Assembly: GCA_021108295.1 (NCBI GenBank)
Contig: JAIORF010000102.1
Span: forward strand, 295,963-359,962
Reading direction: 5' to 3'
DNA from: a bacterium
GTDB lineage: Bacteria > Patescibacteriota > Dojkabacteria > SC72
Length of the DNA: 64,000 bases
The position numbers and the translations under genes were made by a program. The notes below the pieces were generated by a model. The model was not told the origin of the DNA and did not search any database. It worked only from the letters and a program-made list of their open reading frames with translations. Of this stretch, positions 59,198 through 64,000 are shown piece after piece (position 1 is the stretch's first letter; each line of letters starts with the position of its first letter).

Positions 59198-62155
59198 CTA
59201 CTTCTCAACCGTCAGAGAAACCTTTGCTTTACCCAACTCAAACCTATTACCAACTACACTATCCCCTACCTCAAAACAACTCAACTTCAAATCTTTTTGA
59301 TTTTCACTAAGATATTTCTCTACAATACCCCTAACTTCATCCTCATCAATATTAACAACAAGTTTTATACTATCCTCATAATTAATACCCTCCCCCTTCT
59401 TCCTAGCATTCTGATACTTCCTTACAAAATCATTTATATACCCCTCACTCACAAGCTCCTCTGTTAGATTAATATCCAATGAGACATACTTCTCGTACTC
59501 ACCAATTGTAACAAGACCCTCAACTGGCTTCTCACTATACTCTATCTCTTTTACATTGAGCTCTGATTGTACAATATCTCTAAGAAACTCTTTCTCAATT
59601 GCTACATATACCTTAGACAAAGGTTGTCTTAATTTGAGACCATTATCCTCCCTAATCTTAAGACCATTAGAACATATCTCTCTAACTACCTCCATCTCTC
59701 TTAACAACTCCACATCTATATCTTTCTGTTGAAATACAGGATAATCCTCCAGATGCACAGACTCCAATGCTCCATCTACCCCAGTCTTTACTACAAGATT
59801 TTGATACATCTCTTCAGTAAGAAACGGCATCTGTGGTGCAAATGTTTTAGCAAACAAAACCATAGTTGCATAAAGAGTTTGTAAAGCATCTGTATTACCA
59901 TCTGCAAACCTACCCCTAGACCGTCTAATCCACCACTTAGATATATTATCAATACACGGCTGAATTAACTTCACAGACGCAGGAATATTGTACTCCTCTA
60001 AAGCCTCTGCATATTTCTGAGTAGTCTGCTTCATATATGATTCAATCCACTTATCTAATTTCTCTTCAGAAGTAAATTCTGTAGTAGTTGGCGCCCAATC
60101 ATGCATATTGCTATACAAAGATAGATATCTATAGGTATTCCAAATCGGAATTAACACATCCTTGACCTGATCATTTAAAATATCATCTGACCAATGAATA
60201 TCTCCACCTACCATTATTGAGGAGGACATGATATACAATCGCAATGCCTCACCACCCTTCTCTTCTAAAACAAGTCTAGGATCAGGGTAATTCTCGTACG
60301 ACTTACTCATCTTCCTACCATCATTACCGAACATAACCCCAGTACAAATTACATTCTTATACGGCACATCATCAAAAAGCATTAGAGACATTCTAAAGAG
60401 GACATTAAACCATGCTCTAATCTGTCCAGTATATTCAACAATGAAGTCAGCTGGGTATGCCTGTTCGAAAGCTTCTTTGTTTTCAAATGGATAGTGATGC
60501 TCTGCAAAAGGTACACTACCAGAATCCATCCAACAATCTAATACCTCAGGAATTCTGTGATACTCTTTACCATCTTTCTTAAACACCAATTTATCACACA
60601 CATCCCTATGAAGTGTCATTTTCTTACCCTCAATCCTATACTCCACCTTCCCATCCTCAGTATTAATCTTTTCAATTTGATCAGTATACTCCATCATCTC
60701 TTCTATACTTCCTACCACTATCTGCTCTCCATCTTTACTTTCCCATACTGGCATAACAGTTGCCCAGTATCTACTTCTTGAAATTGCCCAATCAGGAGCA
60801 GTTTCCAATACATTCTTAAATCTTTTCTTAAATGTCTCTGGTATCCAATTTATCTTCTCCTGTAATTTAAGCATCTTAGGTTTAATTTCCTGAATATCTA
60901 CAAAATATGAATCTTGAGACATATATATCAATGGGTTCTTACCTCTGTAGAACGGTAACCTATGCACATATTTCTCACTTCGAAGTAGCTTCCCTTGCTT
61001 TTCTAAATCCTTAGCAACCATAGGGGAAGCATCCCGAATGTATACACCCTTCCAATTTCCATCTAACATATTCCCTGCTTCATCTATATGTACTACATCA
61101 CTTAGCCCCCACTCCTTCCCTAAATTGAAATCCACTTCACCAAATCCAGGTGCTACATGCAATATTCCAGTACCCTCATCCTCAATTACTTCATCCGAAA
61201 GATACACCTTCCAGTCTTTCTCACTAACCTTGTCTACAAAGAAGTCATATGCCGGCTCATACTCGAAACCTTCCAACTCTTTTCCTTTAAGTTCATGTAC
61301 TACCTCATACTCTTCTTCACCAAAGGTATACTCCAATCTACTTGTAGCTACTACTAGGTACTCATCCTTAAACTTCACTATGGAGTAATCAAGATCCTCG
61401 TTCACAACCAAAGCAAAGTTTGCAGGTATAGTCCATGGGGTCGTTGTCCAAACAAGAAGTCTAAGTGGTTTCTTATTTGTATATTTATCAAACTCTTTTG
61501 TCTTAAGCGAAAACTTCACAAATATTGAAAGATCTTCTACATCTTCATAGGTGTCATCCATAGTGACTTCAAAGTTTGATACTGGTGTACAGGTATCTGT
61601 TGAATACATAGAAACTCTTTTCCCTTTGTATATCAAATCCTTATCCCAAATCTGTTTGAAGGCCCATATTACAGACTCATTAAATTCTGGATCCATAGTC
61701 CTGTATGCATTATCCAAATCTACCCATCTACCTAATTTCTCGATATACCATCTCCAGTCCGAAATCCCTTGTTCAACATATGCTCTACACTCCTGTACAT
61801 ACTTATCTACCCCTATCCTTGTCTCCACATCCACCCTATCTTTTACTTCCAACTTCTTATTCACTCTTGCCTCAATTGGTAATCCATGACAATCCCATCC
61901 CCACACTCTTCGCACCCTATATCCTTTCATTGTCCAATATCTTGGGATTATATCCTTAGGTATTGATACCAACAATGATCCGTAGTGTGGAGTACCTGTA
62001 ACAAATGGAGGACCATCTACAAATGAATATCTCTTATCCTCTGACCTATTCTCAATACTCTTCTTAAAGATATTTCCCTTTTTCCAAAACTCATTTATCC
62101 TATCTTCCATCACACTAAACTGTGCTCTTGGATTTACTTCTGGTATTTTTCCCAT
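59198..62155 (-). CDS. ileS: Isoleucine--tRNA ligase (type 2)
   Basis: DGPPFVTGTPHYGS, GWDCHGLP, WTTTPWT, WAISRSRYW, KMSKS. Confidence 0.96.
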   Translation of the reverse strand: MGKIPEVNPRAQFSVMEDRINEFWKKGNIFKKSIENRSEDKRYSFVDGPPFVTGTPHYGSLLVSIPKDIIPRYWTMKGYRVRRVWGWDCHGLPIEARVNKKLEVKDRVDVETRIGVDKYVQECRAYVEQGISDWRWYIEKLGRWVDLDNAYRTMDPEFNESVIWAFKQIWDKDLIYKGKRVSMYSTDTCTPVSNFEVTMDDTYEDVEDLSIFVKFSLKTKEFDKYTNKKPLRLLVWTTTPWTIPANFALVVNEDLDYSIVKFKDEYLVVATSRLEYTFGEEEYEVVHELKGKELEGFEYEPAYDFFVDKVSEKDWKVYLSDEVIEDEGTGILHVAPGFGEVDFNLGKEWGLSDVVHIDEAGNMLDGNWKGVYIRDASPMVAKDLEKQGKLLRSEKYVHRLPFYRGKNPLIYMSQDSYFVDIQEIKPKMLKLQEKINWIPETFKKRFKNVLETAPDWAISRSRYWATVMPVWESKDGEQIVVGSIEEMMEYTDQIEKINTEDGKVEYRIEGKKMTLHRDVCDKLVFKKDGKEYHRIPEVLDCWMDSGSVPFAEHHYPFENKEAFEQAYPADFIVEYTGQIRAWFNVLFRMSLMLFDDVPYKNVICTGVMFGNDGRKMSKSYENYPDPRLVLEEKGGEALRLYIMSSSIMVGGDIHWSDDILNDQVKDVLIPIWNTYRYLSLYSNMHDWAPTTTEFTSEEKLDKWIESYMKQTTQKYAEALEEYNIPASVKLIQPCIDNISKWWIRRSRGRFADGNTDALQTLYATMVLFAKTFAPQMPFLTEEMYQNLVVKTGVDGALESVHLEDYPVFQQKDIDVELLREMEVVREICSNGLKIREDNGLKLRQPLSKVYVAIEKEFLRDIVQSELNVKEIEYSEKPVEGLVTIGEYEKYVSLDINLTEELVSEGYINDFVRKYQNARKKGEGINYEDSIKLVVNIDEDEVRGIVEKYLSENQKDLKLSCFEVGDSVVGNRFELGKAKVSLTVEK

Positions 62156-62177
62156 TTGATTACTTTTAATATTATTT

Positions 62178-62397
62178 AAACAAAAAGCCCCTCATTAGAA
62201 ACTAATATACTTTAACATATTAATCTCTAACAAGGGGCGTATTTTACGCGGTACCACCCTTAGTTCTAAATTACATTACTGTAATCTACTTTTAAACCAC
62301 CTACATGGTTTGGATATATTTCGGTTATCTTCCGTTAGATTCTACTTACCCTAAGGCTTTCTTTCCACCACTCACCAGTGATAGCTGGGTCAATGTG
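62178..62397 (-). ncRNA. T-box riboswitch (Ile, AUC specifier) with ultrashort Stem I and intrinsic terminator
   Basis: AGGG-TGGTACC-GCGT...ACGC-CCCT antiterminator (62232..62260); Stem I CCAG-CTATCA-CTGG; GCCCCT...AGGGGC-TTTTTGTTT terminator. Confidence 0.9.
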
Positions 62398-62404
62398 TTA
62401 ACAA

Positions 62405-62520
62405 ATTATATCACACCAAGCCTGGCATAGGAATTTATTCTGTTGTATAGGGGGAAAAGAAGCAAATATACGCTTAAACCACACTATAGGAGGCCTATGC
62501 CAGGCCTGCTGTGATATACT
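62405..62520. repeat. 27-bp inverted repeats (24/27 identical) each ending in an outward-facing extended -10
   Basis: CCTATGCCAGGCTTGGTGTGATATAAT (minus, 62405..62431) and CCTATGCCAGGCCTGCTGTGATATACT (plus, 62494..62520). Confidence 0.8.
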
Positions 62521-62526
62521 GTCCTC

Positions 62527-64000
62527 ATGAATTGGAATCTAAAACTTCTTTACAAGGGTCTTGATGATCCCCAGATAGACAAGGATATTGAGCTATCTAC
62601 TCGGGCTGTTAACACCTTCATCTCAAACTGGAAAGGGAACAAGGAATATCTTAAAGACATCTCTACCCTCAAAAAAGCATTAGATGAGAAAGAACAGCTT
62701 TTCACAAAGTATGGGATATTAACAAAGCCCCACTACTACCTATTTCTTAGGAAGGAAACTGACTTAAACAATACGGAGCTCAAGGCAAGGATTAACAAAA
62801 TTTCTCAAAAAGGGATTAGATTAGGAAATGACTTGCAGTTTTTCTCTATAGATCTGTCTAAAATACCAAAGGCTCAACAAGAAATCTTTATAAATGCTAC
62901 AGAGCTTAGAGAGTACAAACATTACTTAGAAACACTTTTTGCGAATGCTAAATATATCCTCACAGACAAGGAGGAAAAGGTCTTTAATCTTACTGCTAGC
63001 ACGTCTTTTGGGAATTGGACTCGTATGATAGAAGAGCTACTTTCGAAACAGAGCGTTACGATAATTGATGAGGAGCAAAAGAGAAAGAAAGTCTCTTACA
63101 ATGAGATCTCTAAGTATCTTGATTCTACAAACAAGAGTGTAAGAGACAAAGCAGCTAAGGAGTTGAACAAAGTAAACAAGAAATATATTGAAATTGCGGA
63201 GTATGAGATGAATTCCATACTGGAAAGAAAACAGATAGGTGATGAGTACAGAGGGATTGAGAGAGTAGATCTTTCAAGACATTTGAGTGACGATATGGAT
63301 AGTGAAGTGGTAGATAGTTTGGTGGAGGTAGTTACTAAGAATTTCGATATATCAAAAGCTTACTACAAGAAGAAAGCCAAGATGCTAAAACAAAAAACTC
63401 TTGGATATCATGAGAGAAATGTACCTGTAGGAAAGATAGATACGAAGTATGATTTTGATACAAGTATTGCCCTAGTTAAGAAAGTGTTTGGTAATCTAGA
63501 CTCTGAGTTTGAGAAAATTGTAAAAGACTTTGAAAAGAATGGTCAGTTTGATGTGTTTCCTAAGGCTAACAAAAGTGGTGGTGCATATTGTATTTCTACG
63601 AATAAGAACTTACCTACATATCTACTGCTTAATCATAATGGGAAGCTAAACGATGTCCTCACTATCGCTCATGAGTCTGGTCATGGTATTCATTCGGAGT
63701 TGGTAAAAGGACAAAATTCTTTTAACGACGGCTATTCTCTAGCACTGGCAGAAGTAGCTAGTACATTCTTTGAAGACTTTGTATTGAAAGAAGTTTTAGA
63801 AGATATTAAAGATGAGAAACTGAGAAAGGTTGTTTTAATGGAAAGAAGGAATGGGGATATTAGTACGATATTTAGACAGGTAGCTTTCTATAATTTCGAA
63901 ATGGAACTACATACAACCTTTCGAGAGAAAGGATATCTTTCCCATAGTGAAATCTCTGATATCTTTGTAAAGCATATGGTGTCTTACTTAGGGGATAGTG
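62527..64000 (+). CDS. pepF: M3 family oligoendopeptidase F (3' end runs off window)
   Basis: Manual translation MNWNLKLLY...KSGGAYC...TIAHESGHGIH...LAEVASTFFE...IFRQ. Confidence 0.92.
   Translation, partial: MNWNLKLLYKGLDDPQIDKDIELSTRAVNTFISNWKGNKEYLKDISTLKKALDEKEQLFTKYGILTKPHYYLFLRKETDLNNTELKARINKISQKGIRLGNDLQFFSIDLSKIPKAQQEIFINATELREYKHYLETLFANAKYILTDKEEKVFNLTASTSFGNWTRMIEELLSKQSVTIIDEEQKRKKVSYNEISKYLDSTNKSVRDKAAKELNKVNKKYIEIAEYEMNSILERKQIGDEYRGIERVDLSRHLSDDMDSEVVDSLVEVVTKNFDISKAYYKKKAKMLKQKTLGYHERNVPVGKIDTKYDFDTSIALVKKVFGNLDSEFEKIVKDFEKNGQFDVFPKANKSGGAYCISTNKNLPTYLLLNHNGKLNDVLTIAHESGHGIHSELVKGQNSFNDGYSLALAEVASTFFEDFVLKEVLEDIKDEKLRKVVLMERRNGDISTIFRQVAFYNFEMELHTTFREKGYLSHSEISDIFVKHMVSYLGDS

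Noticed and set aside
1-64000. Alternative genetic code (UGA=Gly) suggested by CPR origin and three tRNA-Gly genes
   Set aside because: No UCA anticodon, RF2 is present, and genes such as parA end in TGA.

Overview
AT-rich, gene-dense bacterial chromosome segment. Gene content, a reduced dcw cluster and conserved hypotheticals suggest a CPR/Patescibacteria genome, possibly Dojkabacteria-like (inference). Genetic code 11 (prfB intact, TGA stops). It is mostly housekeeping: dnaE (partial), rplS, two gpmI, mnmA, helD-like, gatA and gatB-gatC, rnhB, ddl, lepB-parA-parB, ftsQ-ftsA-ftsZ-SEDS-rplU-MTase-rpmA-rlmB, uppP, prfB-ftsE-ftsX-M23, hpf, trpS, dfx, yvcK, carD, ileS, pepF (partial), plus nine tRNA genes. 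Small accessory inserts sit at tRNA 3' ends: a HExxH protein, a tandem pair of odd sigma factors each with two region-4 domains, and a higher-GC secreted repeat protein. Best observations: (1) a sawtooth G-to-C skew that flips at tRNA/insertion sites independent of gene strand; (2) a Trp-Trp leader-peptide attenuator on trpS; (3) an actinobacterial-type ultrashort Stem I ileS T-box wired to a terminator; (4) the double-sigma4 pair with a 128-bp identical block; (5) a CCTATGCCAGGC element upstream of three -10 boxes; (6) a circularly permuted M23 domain; (7) pervasive leaderless promoters. All calls were made by eye; no database searches were run.
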